A stretch of 64,000 bases of DNA from Nitrospirota bacterium. Its GTDB lineage: Bacteria; Nitrospirota; UBA9217. Each line of letters starts with the position of its first letter. Within the stretch, counting starts at the first letter, position 1. Below the pieces are notes generated by a model that did no database searches, was not told the origin of the DNA, and saw only the letters and a program-made list of their open reading frames with translations. The stretch lies in the NCBI GenBank assembly GCA_963737155.1, contig CAVTRN010000002.1:800001-864000 (forward strand), read 5' to 3'. The position numbers and the translations under genes are program-made. Positions 20,014 through 30,681 of the stretch are shown here, in pieces.

Positions 20014-20787
20014 AGATAGGGTATGGTTGCGCTAACGAGGCACTGTCGGACGAAAGGGACAGAAACAGATAGGCCCGGCCTGCAGCCACTATGCCAAGGC
20101 TTCACACTACTTCCGTCATCGTACCATAAAATGCCATTTAATGTCATTCACCAAATGACGATATTTTTTGCCAAGCTTCATTGATTTTAGGAATTAGGTC
20201 TTTCCCCCCCTGGATACATAATATATATGTTCAATCTTAATCAAGCTTGCTTAAACCTTTTATCATTATCGCTGTCTAAAGTTAAGTAGGGGATAATATA
20301 CTATTAGCGATAACGAATAAGGGCGGAATTGGATCCATGCCTGCGAGTCCGCAGGACATGATAAGATAAATTGTATCACTCCTGGAGTTAATGTTCCTTT
20401 TGGCATACGTGCACTGCTGATATGCAAGATCTCCCGACGCTGCACATCCCAGACATAAACCTGACACTAGTTGGCACCTGAGGACGCGCAGAAGAAAACC
20501 CTTTTGCGGCGCCAAGTGCCGAACCGATGCCGGCGCTACTTGAAGCGGCCACAAAGGCCGCTACGAGTTAATTATTACGGGCTGTTTAAAATCAGTTATG
20601 CCATGAAAAAGCATTTATCTTCGTAATTTGATACAAATATATGATATTTTGCATCAAAAAAATGGATAATTTATCGATTTCATAGAGCTACTTTTCAGCA
20701 TTGCCCACAATATTCTGTGCGTTTGTATTAGTATATTCGATTCAGGAGAACGAGCGGCTTGATGGAAGGCTGCAAAAGTATTAAAAC

Positions 20788-22185
20788 GTGAGGAGAATCA
20801 TGCCACGAAGAGTTGGAATCGTAATTCTGATAGCAGGGGTGCTCGCCGTGCTTGGCATCGGCGGTTGGTGGTTCGGGTCCAAAGGGAACAAGGTGACGAC
20901 ATTCCGAACCGAATCGGTTAAACGAGGAAACGTGGTGGCCACGATCAGCGCGACGGGGACGGTGGAGCCGGTTCAAGTAGTCGATGTGGGCGCTCAGGTT
21001 GGCGGAATTATTATGTCCTTCGGCACAGACAAGTCTGGGAAGACCATTGATTATGGTTCAGCCGTAGAGAAGGGCACAGTGCTTGCGAAAATTGATGATT
21101 CACTTTATGTCGCCGCTCTGGATACCGCGAAGGCTCAATTACAACAGGCCGAGGCCAACAAGATCAGCGCCGACGCCAACGTGCTTCAGATGAAAGCGAA
21201 GCTGTTGGAGGCTTCAAATGACTGGGCTCGGGCGCAGAAGCTTGGTCCATCCGACGCGTTAGCGCAGACTGTCTATGACCAGTATCAAGCCACTTACGAG
21301 ACCGCCAAGGCCAACTTGGCGGCGGCCATGGCTGCCGTGGAGCAACAGGTCGCTGCCGTTGCGCAGGCGCAGGCCAACCTCGACACCGCGAAATACAATC
21401 TCGATTACTGTACCATCAAATCGCCGGTTAAAGGTGTGATTGTTGATCGGCGAGTCAACATAGGCCAGACAGTCGTTTCCAGCCTCAGCGCGCCGAGCCT
21501 CTTCCTCATTGCAACAGACCTCAAGCGCATTCAGGTCTGGGTGTCTGTCAACGAAGTCGACATAGGCAGCATTGCTAAAGACCAGCCAGTGACGTTTACG
21601 GTGGATGCTTATCCCAACCAGATATTCGAAGGACGCGTGGGTAAAATTCGGCTAAACGCGGCGATGACGCAGAATGTTGTCACATACACCGTAGAGGTAA
21701 ACACCCCCAACGACGACGGCAAACTGTTGCCCTACCTGACAGCCAACGCGCAGTTCAAGATCGGACGCTCACAAGGCGTGTTGCTGGTACCCAATGCGGC
21801 GCTCCGTTGGTCGCCACGGCCCGACCAGATCGCCCTAGGACCCCAGCTAGCGTCTCATCACACTCAGGGGGGGGCCTTGAACCGCGAAAGCGGCGGTGGG
21901 TCCGGCACCGGTGGCGCGCCACAAACGCACGGAACCATCTGGGTCGACGAGGGCAAGTTCGTCCGGCCTGTCGACGTGAACGTCGGATTGTCGGACGGCA
22001 TGGTGACAGGGGTCGAAAGCAATGATTTGACCGAAGGCATGCGCGTGGTCGTCGGCGAACGCACGCGGGAAGCTGCAAAGGGCTCGACCGAGGAGGAACG
22101 GAGTCCCTTCACGCCTGAAAATCCGTTCCACCACGGGCAGCCTCAGGGCCAAGGAGGGCCGGGCGGTCCTGGCGGTGGACACTGA
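20788..22185 (+). CDS. MacA-like periplasmic adaptor (membrane fusion protein)
   Basis: N-terminal anchor, VDVGAQVGG, TIKSPVKGVIVDRRVNIGQTV, LLVPNAAL. Confidence 0.92.
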   Translation: MRRIMPRRVGIVILIAGVLAVLGIGGWWFGSKGNKVTTFRTESVKRGNVVATISATGTVEPVQVVDVGAQVGGIIMSFGTDKSGKTIDYGSAVEKGTVLAKIDDSLYVAALDTAKAQLQQAEANKISADANVLQMKAKLLEASNDWARAQKLGPSDALAQTVYDQYQATYETAKANLAAAMAAVEQQVAAVAQAQANLDTAKYNLDYCTIKSPVKGVIVDRRVNIGQTVVSSLSAPSLFLIATDLKRIQVWVSVNEVDIGSIAKDQPVTFTVDAYPNQIFEGRVGKIRLNAAMTQNVVTYTVEVNTPNDDGKLLPYLTANAQFKIGRSQGVLLVPNAALRWSPRPDQIALGPQLASHHTQGGALNRESGGGSGTGGAPQTHGTIWVDEGKFVRPVDVNVGLSDGMVTGVESNDLTEGMRVVVGERTREAAKGSTEEERSPFTPENPFHHGQPQGQGGPGGPGGGH

Positions 22186-22209
22186 CCTTGGCGGAGGAGT
22201 GATCTTCTT

Positions 22210-22920
22210 ATGGATTTGATCGAATTGCAAGACGTCCACAAGACCTACTTTCTCGGCGAGGTGGAGCTACCTGTTCTTCTGGGTGTTTCACTGAACATCG
22301 CCCGGGGTGAATTCGTATCATTGATGGGCGTTAGCGGTTCGGGCAAAAGCACGCTGATGAACATCCTCGGTTGCTTGGACTACCCGACTGCGGGCAAGTA
22401 CTGGCTTGACGGTAAGGAGATTTCCCGGCTTACCGCCAAGGCGCAGGCCCGGCTGCGAAATCGGATGATCGGTTTTGTGTTTCAATCTTTTAATCTGCTG
22501 CCTCGCACGACGGCGTTGGAGAACGTCCGAATGCCTCTCACTTACAGGCGAGACGACCTCAGCGAGCATCAAATGAACCAGCGTGCCACCGAGCTGCTCG
22601 AGAAATTTGGTTTGGCGGATCGCGCTGATCACCAGCCCTCTCAACTTTCCGGTGGTCAACAACAGCGCGTGGCAATCGCCCGGTCGCTGGTTAACAGCCC
22701 CCAAGTGCTTCTTGCGGATGAACCGACTGGCAACCTTGACTCGCGAACCAGCGCGGAACTCCTCCAGATGTTCCAGCAACTCAACCGGTCCGATGGCCTC
22801 ACCATCATACTCGTCACCCACGATCCCGGCGTAGCGCAACACGCCCAGCGGATCATTAATATCAAGGATGGACTCATCGAAAAAGAGTCCTTCCCACTCA
22901 AAACCGGAGGCGCCGCATGA
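22210..22920 (+). CDS. MacB/LolD-type ABC ATPase
   Basis: GVSGSGKST, LSGGQQQRV, LADEPTGNLD. Confidence 0.95.
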   Translation: MDLIELQDVHKTYFLGEVELPVLLGVSLNIARGEFVSLMGVSGSGKSTLMNILGCLDYPTAGKYWLDGKEISRLTAKAQARLRNRMIGFVFQSFNLLPRTTALENVRMPLTYRRDDLSEHQMNQRATELLEKFGLADRADHQPSQLSGGQQQRVAIARSLVNSPQVLLADEPTGNLDSRTSAELLQMFQQLNRSDGLTIILVTHDPGVAQHAQRIINIKDGLIEKESFPLKTGGAA

Positions 22921-24290
22921 GATCGTACATTACCCTGAAAACGGCCCTAGGCGCGCTCCGACGTAACGTTATGCGCACCGTGCTTACCACACTGGGCATT
23001 ATCATCGGTGTTGCATCGGTGATCACAATGATGGACATTGGACACGGTTCATCCATCGCGATCCAGAAAACCATGATCAGCATCGGCGCCAACACCCTTA
23101 TCATTCTGCCTGGTGCCCTTTCAAATGCCGGCATCAACTACGGGGCCGGCAGCATAATGACATTGACGCCCCAGGATGCGGATGCGATCGTCAAGGAGGT
23201 CTCCCCTGTCATCGGTGTAGCGCCGATCGTGCGCGCCCGCACGCAAGTTGTGTATGGCAACCGTAACTGGGTGCCAACGTACGTCTATGGCACCACCCCA
23301 TCGTTTCTTGTGGTGCGCGATTGGGCTGATCTCGACGAGGGGGAAGCCTTTACCGATCACGATGTCCTCAACGCCAGCAAAGTGTGCCTCGTTGGCCATA
23401 CAATCGTAAACGAATTATTCGGTGGCGAGTCTCCCGTCGGCAAGGTGGTCCGCATCCGGAGCGTGGATTTTAAAGTCATCGGTGTGTTGAAGAAAAAGGG
23501 CGCGAACCTGATGGGTCTGGACCAGGACGATATCCTACTGGCGCCGTGGACGACGATTAAATATCGCGTGGTCGCTGCCGCGCTTGGTAATTCGAACCAG
23601 AGCACAACGAACACGGCAAACACTAGCGAAGTCAATACCCTCAGCAATATCTACCCGGAAATCCAGCAGAATCTCTATCCGGTTCCTTCGACCAGCGAGA
23701 CGGCTGATGCACCATTACCGATTAGATTTACCACTGTGGACACGATCATGACCGCCGCACGATCAAGCGGCCTGATTCCCGCTGCCATTCAGCAGATCAC
23801 CATGGTGCTTCGAGAACGTCACCACCTTCGCAACAGTGATCCAAATGATTTCAACATTCGCGATATGACCGAGATTACAAAGGCGATGAGTTCAACGACA
23901 GATTTGATAACTAAATTGCTGTTGTATGTGGCCATGATTTCGCTGGTTGTCGGCGGAATCGGCATCATGAACATTATGCTGGTATCTGTAACCGAACGGA
24001 CGCGTGAGATAGGCCTGCGTATGGCAGTGGGCGCCGATCCCGGCGATATCCTGCGGCAGTTTTTGACCGAGGCCGTCATACTGTGCCTGCTGGGCGGTGC
24101 GACGGGCATCTTGTTGGGCCGCAGTTGTTCGTATATTGTATCGGCGGTATTGCACTGGCCAACGGCAGCTTCGCTAGGTGCAATCGTGGCAGCTGTCGTT
24201 GTGTCGGCCACTGTAGGCGTTATTTTCGGCTTCTATCCGGCTTGGAAAGCATCGCGGCTCAATCCAATCGAAGCACTTCGGTACGAGTGA
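22917..24290 (+). CDS. MacB-type ABC permease
   Basis: LTTLGIIIGV, VGGIGIMNIMLVSVTERTREIG, FGFYPAWKASRLNPIEALRYE. Confidence 0.95.
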   Translation: MRSYITLKTALGALRRNVMRTVLTTLGIIIGVASVITMMDIGHGSSIAIQKTMISIGANTLIILPGALSNAGINYGAGSIMTLTPQDADAIVKEVSPVIGVAPIVRARTQVVYGNRNWVPTYVYGTTPSFLVVRDWADLDEGEAFTDHDVLNASKVCLVGHTIVNELFGGESPVGKVVRIRSVDFKVIGVLKKKGANLMGLDQDDILLAPWTTIKYRVVAAALGNSNQSTTNTANTSEVNTLSNIYPEIQQNLYPVPSTSETADAPLPIRFTTVDTIMTAARSSGLIPAAIQQITMVLRERHHLRNSDPNDFNIRDMTEITKAMSSTTDLITKLLLYVAMISLVVGGIGIMNIMLVSVTERTREIGLRMAVGADPGDILRQFLTEAVILCLLGGATGILLGRSCSYIVSAVLHWPTAASLGAIVAAVVVSATVGVIFGFYPAWKASRLNPIEALRYE

Positions 24291-24300
24291 GGTAGAATGA

Positions 24301-25794
24301 ATGGATGCGAACGTGAAGTGGCGCTCCTTTTCGGTCGCGCTTGTGGCTCTTGGTATATGCGTAACGATACTTGGCGGATGTATGGTTGGTCCGAATTTCC
24401 ATCCGCCGCAGCCGACCAAAGTCCCCAATGCTTGGGTCGGCGTGGAGAATACGCCGACTACACCATCCGTTGCCACCGCCGGTCAACAGGCACTTACGCA
24501 GTGGTGGAGACAGTTTGACGACCCGACATTGATTGCGCTGGTCGATGAAGCGCTAAAAGCAAACTTAAGCCTGAAAATCGCTGAGACGAACTTGCGCGCA
24601 GCCCGAGCCACACGGGGTGTGGTTGCTGGAGGTCTGTGGCCAGCAGTTACCGCCTCTGGCAGTTACCAGAAATACCACACGGCGGGAGTCACACCGGGCA
24701 ATCAAGTACACAATCTTTATCAGGCTGGTTTTGATGCCGCATGGGAACTTGATCTGTTCGGTGGCCAGCGCCGCAACGTCGAATCGGCCGACGCCAACAT
24801 CCAGGCTGCAATCGAAAACATCCGTGACGCGCAGGTCAGCCTCATTGCAGAAGTGGCACTCAATTACATCCAACTCCGCGGTTACCAGCAGGAGATCGTG
24901 ATTGCACAAAGCAATCTGAAATCACAGGAGCACACCGCCGATATTGTTCATAGAAGTTTCAAAGTAGGTTTCTCCAGCGGACTTGACGCTGCTAATGCTG
25001 ACTCTGATGTTGCGACGACCGAGTCTCAAATTCCAGTTTTTGAAATTGAAGCGAGGCAAGCTATTTACGCGTTAAGTGTGCTGTTGGCCCGGCCGCCGGG
25101 CGATTTGCTGGAGCAGTTATCTCCGACGGCTAACCTGCCCAAGGTGCCGATGCAAGTTCCCGCTGGCTTGCCATCGGACTTGTTGCGCCGTCGGGCCGAC
25201 ATTCGCGAGGCTGAGGCACAATTGCATGCCGCCACCGCCCAAATCGGCGTCGCTACTGCCGACTTCTTTCCGACGTTTTCACTTACGGGTACGCTAGACT
25301 GGAGTAGTAACCTGCTGCGCAAGTTGTGGAACAACGCCAATCGATCGTTCGCAGCAGGCCCATCGGTGACGTGGCCGCTTTTTCAGGGCGGCGCGATTGT
25401 GTCTAACGTACGTTTACAGGAGGCGCTGCGGGACGAGTCATTCATCACGTACCAACAAACAGTCCTTGCAGCGTTTGAGGATGTCGAGAATGCGTTGATT
25501 GCTTTTTCCAGGGAACAACAGCACCATAAATTTCTGAGCGACGCCGTTAGTAACGACCGCAAGGCCGTGGATTTGTCATCGCAGCTTTACATAGCGGGCC
25601 TGACCGATTTTCTCAACGTAGAAATTGCCCAACGAACGCTTTACTCCGACGAGAACACCTTGGTGCAGAGCGAGACGAGCATCGTCACCGATCTCATAGC
25701 ACTCTACAAAGCCTTGGGCGGCGGTTGGGAATCCGTACCTCCGACCACTACCATGGGAAATGCTGTTGCGGAGTCAACTCGCAATGGCAAGTAA
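24301..25794 (+). CDS. NodT/OprM-family outer-membrane efflux lipoprotein
   Basis: lipobox LGGC, WELDLFG, PSDLLRRRADI, LYKALGGGW. Confidence 0.93.
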   Translation: MDANVKWRSFSVALVALGICVTILGGCMVGPNFHPPQPTKVPNAWVGVENTPTTPSVATAGQQALTQWWRQFDDPTLIALVDEALKANLSLKIAETNLRAARATRGVVAGGLWPAVTASGSYQKYHTAGVTPGNQVHNLYQAGFDAAWELDLFGGQRRNVESADANIQAAIENIRDAQVSLIAEVALNYIQLRGYQQEIVIAQSNLKSQEHTADIVHRSFKVGFSSGLDAANADSDVATTESQIPVFEIEARQAIYALSVLLARPPGDLLEQLSPTANLPKVPMQVPAGLPSDLLRRRADIREAEAQLHAATAQIGVATADFFPTFSLTGTLDWSSNLLRKLWNNANRSFAAGPSVTWPLFQGGAIVSNVRLQEALRDESFITYQQTVLAAFEDVENALIAFSREQQHHKFLSDAVSNDRKAVDLSSQLYIAGLTDFLNVEIAQRTLYSDENTLVQSETSIVTDLIALYKALGGGWESVPPTTTMGNAVAESTRNGK

Positions 25795-26059
25795 TGCTGA
25801 ACAAATCCCGTTGCAATACATGCCTAGCTCAGCTATAGATGCCGATCGCAATCGCGTCGCTGTAATGCGTTAGTGCTTTCATGCTCCCTCCCGCTGGTAC
25901 AATCATATACATAGAATTCCATGGACTGCTTCAAATTGGATTACACTGAAGATGTCAGCTCCGCTTCAGTGCAATTAGACGGAGGAGAGAAATGGTTGTT
26001 GGGAAGATAGGAGGGCAGACATCGGGAATAAGTAACTTGTTTGGTTCAAAAAAACCTGC

Positions 26060-26470
26060 TCATGCTGCCATGTCGACCAGATGACGCTCACCTGTAGCAT
26101 AGCGCTCCAGATATTTTAATCTCAAGCGGGAGTGCCATGCAAACCTGACCAGCATTCCGCGTGGCAACTGCATCCTGTGGCCAGCTATCGGCATGACCTT
26201 GCCGCGCACCTCGGCAAGCAGCTTGGCCTCGGGGGGAATATAGAAATGCATTGTGATTGATGTGCCTGCGGGAAGTGGAGATTCCGTCCGGATAAATATC
26301 AATGATTTCTTAAGGTTTAGGACAAAATCGGCGCACATCTCACCCACCTCGGTTCCATTCTTAACGGCAAGACAGACCGGAAAAGGGACAAGCTCGGGCA
26401 CCTTTCCTGAATCCCCAATCTTCAGATGCCCATTTGCATCATATAGGAAGATGTTCCCCATCGTTACCAC
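26060..26470 (-). CDS. degenerate PilZ-fold protein
   Basis: IFIRTESPLPAGT..RGKV..GMLVRF PilZ-barrel pattern; RxxxR and D/NxSxxG motifs absent. Confidence 0.65.
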   Translation of the reverse strand: MVTMGNIFLYDANGHLKIGDSGKVPELVPFPVCLAVKNGTEVGEMCADFVLNLKKSLIFIRTESPLPAGTSITMHFYIPPEAKLLAEVRGKVMPIAGHRMQLPRGMLVRFAWHSRLRLKYLERYATGERHLVDMAA

Positions 26471-27362
26471 GTCCTTGTTAATAATATTATATCATAAGAG
26501 TTGAGTGGGAAAAGGGGAAGCAACGGAATAGACATGAAGCGCGAGAAAATTTACCAGTTCTCTCTGACGCGCATTAATTGGCAATTTTATAATGTATTTT
26601 CATATTGCATAATGTTCCTATTAAACTTAGCGTGCCATTCTACAGCACCACGTTTACGAATTCATGAAACTACCTCGCAAATGGAGAGACGTCTCCTCCC
26701 CGCGACATCATTGGCGCTATAACAAGGAGTATGCAAAGGTGATTTGTTTACGAACTATTTTAACAAACGTAATGGGTGATGAAATAAAATAAAAAGTGCC
26801 ATTAAACCAAAGATAGGCCAAGGTGTCAAATTAAATACTGCGTTCATTTAATGATACATATCAACAAATGCACATAGAAGCATAAAATGATAGTAGCGGG
26901 TTAATTTTTTTTCAAAAGCGAAACAGATGGTTGCTGGCGTTAGCCCAGGGATGAATGAGCCCTTGATATTCCTTACTTTAATCCCATGATATGAAATTTT
27001 AGAGCAATATAATCCTAACTATAAAAACACTTTGGCTGTGCCAATATCCCGCGAAATAGGGATTCGAAGACCGTAAGCCCGGAGCCATCCTGCAATCGCA
27101 TTTGCTACTCACCATATCTAACAGGAACCTTTCGGGAGGATATGGTGGACGGCTTCGTGTTTTGTAAACGTCGATGACCTTGACAGAGCAACGACGCCGC
27201 AAGCACAATCGCAGACTGAAACAATAACACCCCGGCCACATTGGCTTCATCGACAGTAACCGCTTAAAGCCAATTTGAAAGCCCATGGCATCCTATCTAT
27301 TGCCCAAGAAGGATGTTAATCCGCAGAATTATTAGATTTGCTCATTATTCGGAGGTTGCGCC

Positions 27363-27566
27363 ATGAACATATTTACTCCAGAGTGCATCATGCTTGCGCT
27401 TGTTTTATTGTACTTCATTTATTCGTTGTGGAGTGAGAATGGAATTCATGAGGGGAAAAGACAAGACACTACGAACATGAATAACGGGAGGAAGGAATAC
27501 GATCGCGTCGATCTATTGAAACATTTGATCAAAAGGTTCTTTTGCACAAGTTCTAAAAATTGTTAA
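27363..27566 (+). CDS. small protein with one N-terminal TM helix
   Basis: RBS GGAGGT; hydrophobic residues 9-23; no family recognised. Confidence 0.4.
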   Translation: MNIFTPECIMLALVLLYFIYSLWSENGIHEGKRQDTTNMNNGRKEYDRVDLLKHLIKRFFCTSSKNC

Positions 27567-27998
27567 AAGCCGGCGTTTCTTTTGTGCGTGGTTTGGGGAC
27601 CTACCTTGATACGGCAAAATGGATAAGGTTAACAACGGAGTAGGGAATAGGCTTAAAAAGATGTTGTCGTCTTTAATCGGGGAACCATGAGCGTCAAGCA
27701 GAAGGCCGTTGCATTCTCCGAAGAAGGTCAAGGTCAGTATAAGTCAATCTTGCCCAAAAATAGATAGTTAATTGTTTTGTCGATCTGGGTGCCAGGGTGT
27801 TCAGATTTGTAACGTCAAAAAAAATCGCAAATTTCTGTTCTTGATACCAGCGTGAACGGTATCATTTGCAATTTCAACGAGATGAAGCGAAGCTGGTATC
27901 AGTGGAAAAGATGAAAAAAGACAGGAAACAAAAAACCGAAAAAACTGCTTAAATCCTATCCTCTCTACTGTAAAGATGCAACACTGTATCACTTTATT

Positions 27999-28033
27999 GG
28001 GCTGGAAACCTTATGGTTTCGGCCCTTTTTTTT
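27999..28033 (+). terminator. intrinsic terminator without an obvious upstream gene
   Basis: GGGCTGGAAACC-ttat-GGTTTCGGCCC followed by a T-tract. Confidence 0.7.
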
Positions 28034-28508
28034 AAACAGATTGAAAACCAGTATAAAAAGTCTGTTCGGATAGGTAGAGGCGTATATATTGGGGCAGAGC
28101 GAAGAAATGGGTTACGAGCCATTTCTATTCGCTAAATTTACCAAGGGGTGGCTTTAGAGAGCGAATCCTTTTTCATGTATGGTGCAATCTAGTGAACGGG
28201 GTCTTATGCTCACATTCAGCAAAGGGAAGAGAGTGAGGGAGGACGATACCAGTTGAAAAAGACCTTTCGATATCTCCCTTGATGATCGAGAGAGCAAGAA
28301 GATGGTCAAAGATCAACCTAGGAAGACTCCGCACCTTCTCAGAACCTTTAATAAATCGATCATCGATTTGACAAGCAATAAATTAGTGATAGACTGATTT
28401 TATAATGTAAAGCCATATGAACATTACCTATCATAGCAATTTTAGCCGGGGATATTTCTAGTAAATAAACCATGTAAAAAATATGCAATCTAAAAAGGAG
28501 GTGAAAAA

Positions 28509-28853
28509 ATGAAAAGATATTTAGGTGTGCTTGTGGCAGTCTTCATTGTTAGTCTTGGATACGGATGCGCGACCAAAGATTTTGTTAACTCGCGTGTCGA
28601 TCCGCTTGAGAGCAGGATCAACGACCTCGAGAGCAGGCTAAGCAAAGTTGAGAAGGCAAGCATGGCATCTTCCGAAGCGGAACAGAAGCAGTTGCAAGAT
28701 GCGACTGCCCGCGCAGAAGAAGCAGAGAAAAAAGCAGAGGAAACCATGCAGAAGTGCGAAGCTGCTCAGGAAGGGGCTGCCGCTGCGGAGCAACAGGCCC
28801 AGGCCAATGCGGAGAAATGCCAGAAGGAATTCGAGCTGATGCAGAAAAAATGA
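28509..28853 (+). CDS. Lpp/OprI-like alanine-zipper lipoprotein
   Basis: RBS AGGAGGTG; lipobox GYGC; coiled coil; C-terminal Lys (FELMQKK). Confidence 0.85.
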   Translation: MKRYLGVLVAVFIVSLGYGCATKDFVNSRVDPLESRINDLESRLSKVEKASMASSEAEQKQLQDATARAEEAEKKAEETMQKCEAAQEGAAAAEQQAQANAEKCQKEFELMQKK

Positions 28854-29055
28854 TGTAAAGAGGGAAAACATGGGGGTTTGATTATCGTCAAGCCCCTTAC
28901 GTTATCTCGCGTGGAACTGTTCCATGATTTTGATGGGTTAGCGGAAATAGATAAAGCTTGCGAGAATGAACCAATGTTCATAAGTCTCCGCAGGATAGCA
29001 GGATGCAAATTTAGTATTTAATGACATAATGGAGACAGAGGAAAGGCAGACAAAC

Positions 29056-29292
29056 ATGAAGAAGTATGGCGTTCTGATGGCATCAGTTGTTCTGTTATGC
29101 GCGAGTTTTGGATGCGCCAGCAAAGATTCCGTTAAATCGCTCGAGGATAGAGTCAGCAGGCTTGAGCAGCAGGCAGACATTAACGCAAAAAGGGCGGAAG
29201 ATGCAGCTGCCCGGTCGGAGGCAGCGGCGAATAGATCCGAGTTCGCTGCACAGAAATCCACGAAGGAATTCGAGCTGATGCAGCATAAATAA
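29056..29292 (+). CDS. second Lpp/OprI-like alanine-zipper lipoprotein
   Basis: lipobox SFGC; AEDAAARSEAAANR zipper; C-terminal FELMQHK. Confidence 0.85.
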   Translation: MKKYGVLMASVVLLCASFGCASKDSVKSLEDRVSRLEQQADINAKRAEDAAARSEAAANRSEFAAQKSTKEFELMQHK

Positions 29293-29379
29293 TGCGTCGT
29301 CTCACCAGAGGCCAACGCATATTAGGCCCTGAAGTTCCTGCCACATCGAAAAGTCCACCGAATAGCCTACTCGGATTAA

Positions 29380-29600
29380 CGTCTTGATGCGTCCTTTTTT
29401 TTGCCCCTTCTTCCGATGCCCCGTAATACATCGGTTACGTGGATCAGCACTGTGCCTAGAGAATTACACATCGCATAATTGACATGGGATTATTCGGTCC
29501 CGGTGGCACCACCATGGCCGTTTCGGTTTTTTTATTTCTAATTGATACGGGAACATGCCTGTCAGGAATCACGGTCTTTTCCATCACTTTAAATATATCG
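29380..29600 (-). pseudogene. decayed L,D-transpeptidase (ErfK/YcfS-type)
   Basis: FKVMEK..HVPVSIR..VVPPGPNNPM then, after a frameshift, VLIHVTDVLRGIGRR; collinear with the intact gene at 53970..54908. Confidence 0.7.
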
Positions 29601-29709
29601 CGGTATCGCTGCAACCTGCTTGTCTTACAAGCAGGTTGTTGCTCTCTCAACGAAACGCCGCGAAGAATGTTCACTGTATATTGCAATAGGTTGGATCAAG
29701 TAAATACTT

Positions 29710-30234
29710 CTATCGTATAATAACCTTTTTTACGCCTTGGTTCTTCACCCATTGCGCCACCGCTAGAATGTCTTCATCCGTACCGACAGCGATACATCCG
29801 TGTGTCCAGTCGACCTCGGCAGAATATTTTCCGAGCCAGAGACTGTTGCGGTATGGCCCGTGTATGCCTATATTTCCGCCGGAATAGCCTTTGGCTGATT
29901 GCATCGTGTTCGGATATCCGATGGGGATGAAGAACCGGAACTTGTCAGAGTGTCTCGGCAAACCAAGATCGTACTCTCCCAGAGGGGTTTTTTTGTCTCC
30001 CTTGTTTCGTTTTTTGACACCGCACTGACCGAGTGCTACACGGAATTTAGCGATCGCATCACTCTTCTGACACATCCACATTGTATGGGTGGAGGTGTAA
30101 ATGATAAGAGCGGTATCCTGTCCCTTGCATGGGCTGTCTTCCGATGCCAGTCCCGGCAAAGAATTCAGCACGATCAGGAAAAGAACGATGATGAGAACGA
30201 TGTGCTTCATACCCTTCAATATAATATTTCGCAA
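29710..30234 (-). CDS. YkuD-domain protein, YafK/DpaA-like subgroup
   Basis: GDKKTPLGEY, IGYPN, GGNIGIHG, WTHGCIAV catalytic His/Cys; signal peptide. Confidence 0.85.
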   Translation of the reverse strand: MRNIILKGMKHIVLIIVLFLIVLNSLPGLASEDSPCKGQDTALIIYTSTHTMWMCQKSDAIAKFRVALGQCGVKKRNKGDKKTPLGEYDLGLPRHSDKFRFFIPIGYPNTMQSAKGYSGGNIGIHGPYRNSLWLGKYSAEVDWTHGCIAVGTDEDILAVAQWVKNQGVKKVIIR

Positions 30235-30286
30235 TAATTATTGAGAACCAGCAGATTCTTTATAACGTCTGCAATGGCATAGATAC

Positions 30287-30315
30287 AATATACGAAAAAT
30301 GAGCGGTAACGTCAA
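30287..30315 (-). promoter_or_regulatory. sigma70 promoter for the YkuD-domain gene
   Basis: TTGACG-17 nt-TATATT on the minus strand. Confidence 0.55.
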
Positions 30316-30681
30316 GAATGAGCATAGCTGCCCGGCCACTCTGCAATACCATTTAGGACGGCATAAAACAGGGTGTAGACAGGCTTTTTGATTACTTTTT
30401 ATCTCTGGTTTCCCACAAGCCCGGAGGTGGTCAGTTGGTCTTGAAGTGATTGATATATAATCGACACCTCTTTTTTTATATGTTAAAATATTAAAGATGG
30501 ACAGCCTAGAAAAGCCAGGCCTGTCTTCGACGCTTCGGTATCGGCCTTGGTAAAAGAGGAGTTTTTTGGTGAGGAACGGATCGAACACATCAATACGAAG
30601 AAGTATAAAAAGACAGACGACATCAAACGGAGCGCTTGACTTATTTTGGCACACTCATAAACAAAGGCCGGGAACATTCGT

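Noticed and set aside
25795-25875. attC-like site after the efflux operon (GCTGAAC...GTTAG)
   Set aside because: The arms pair poorly, there is no integrase and no second similar site was seen
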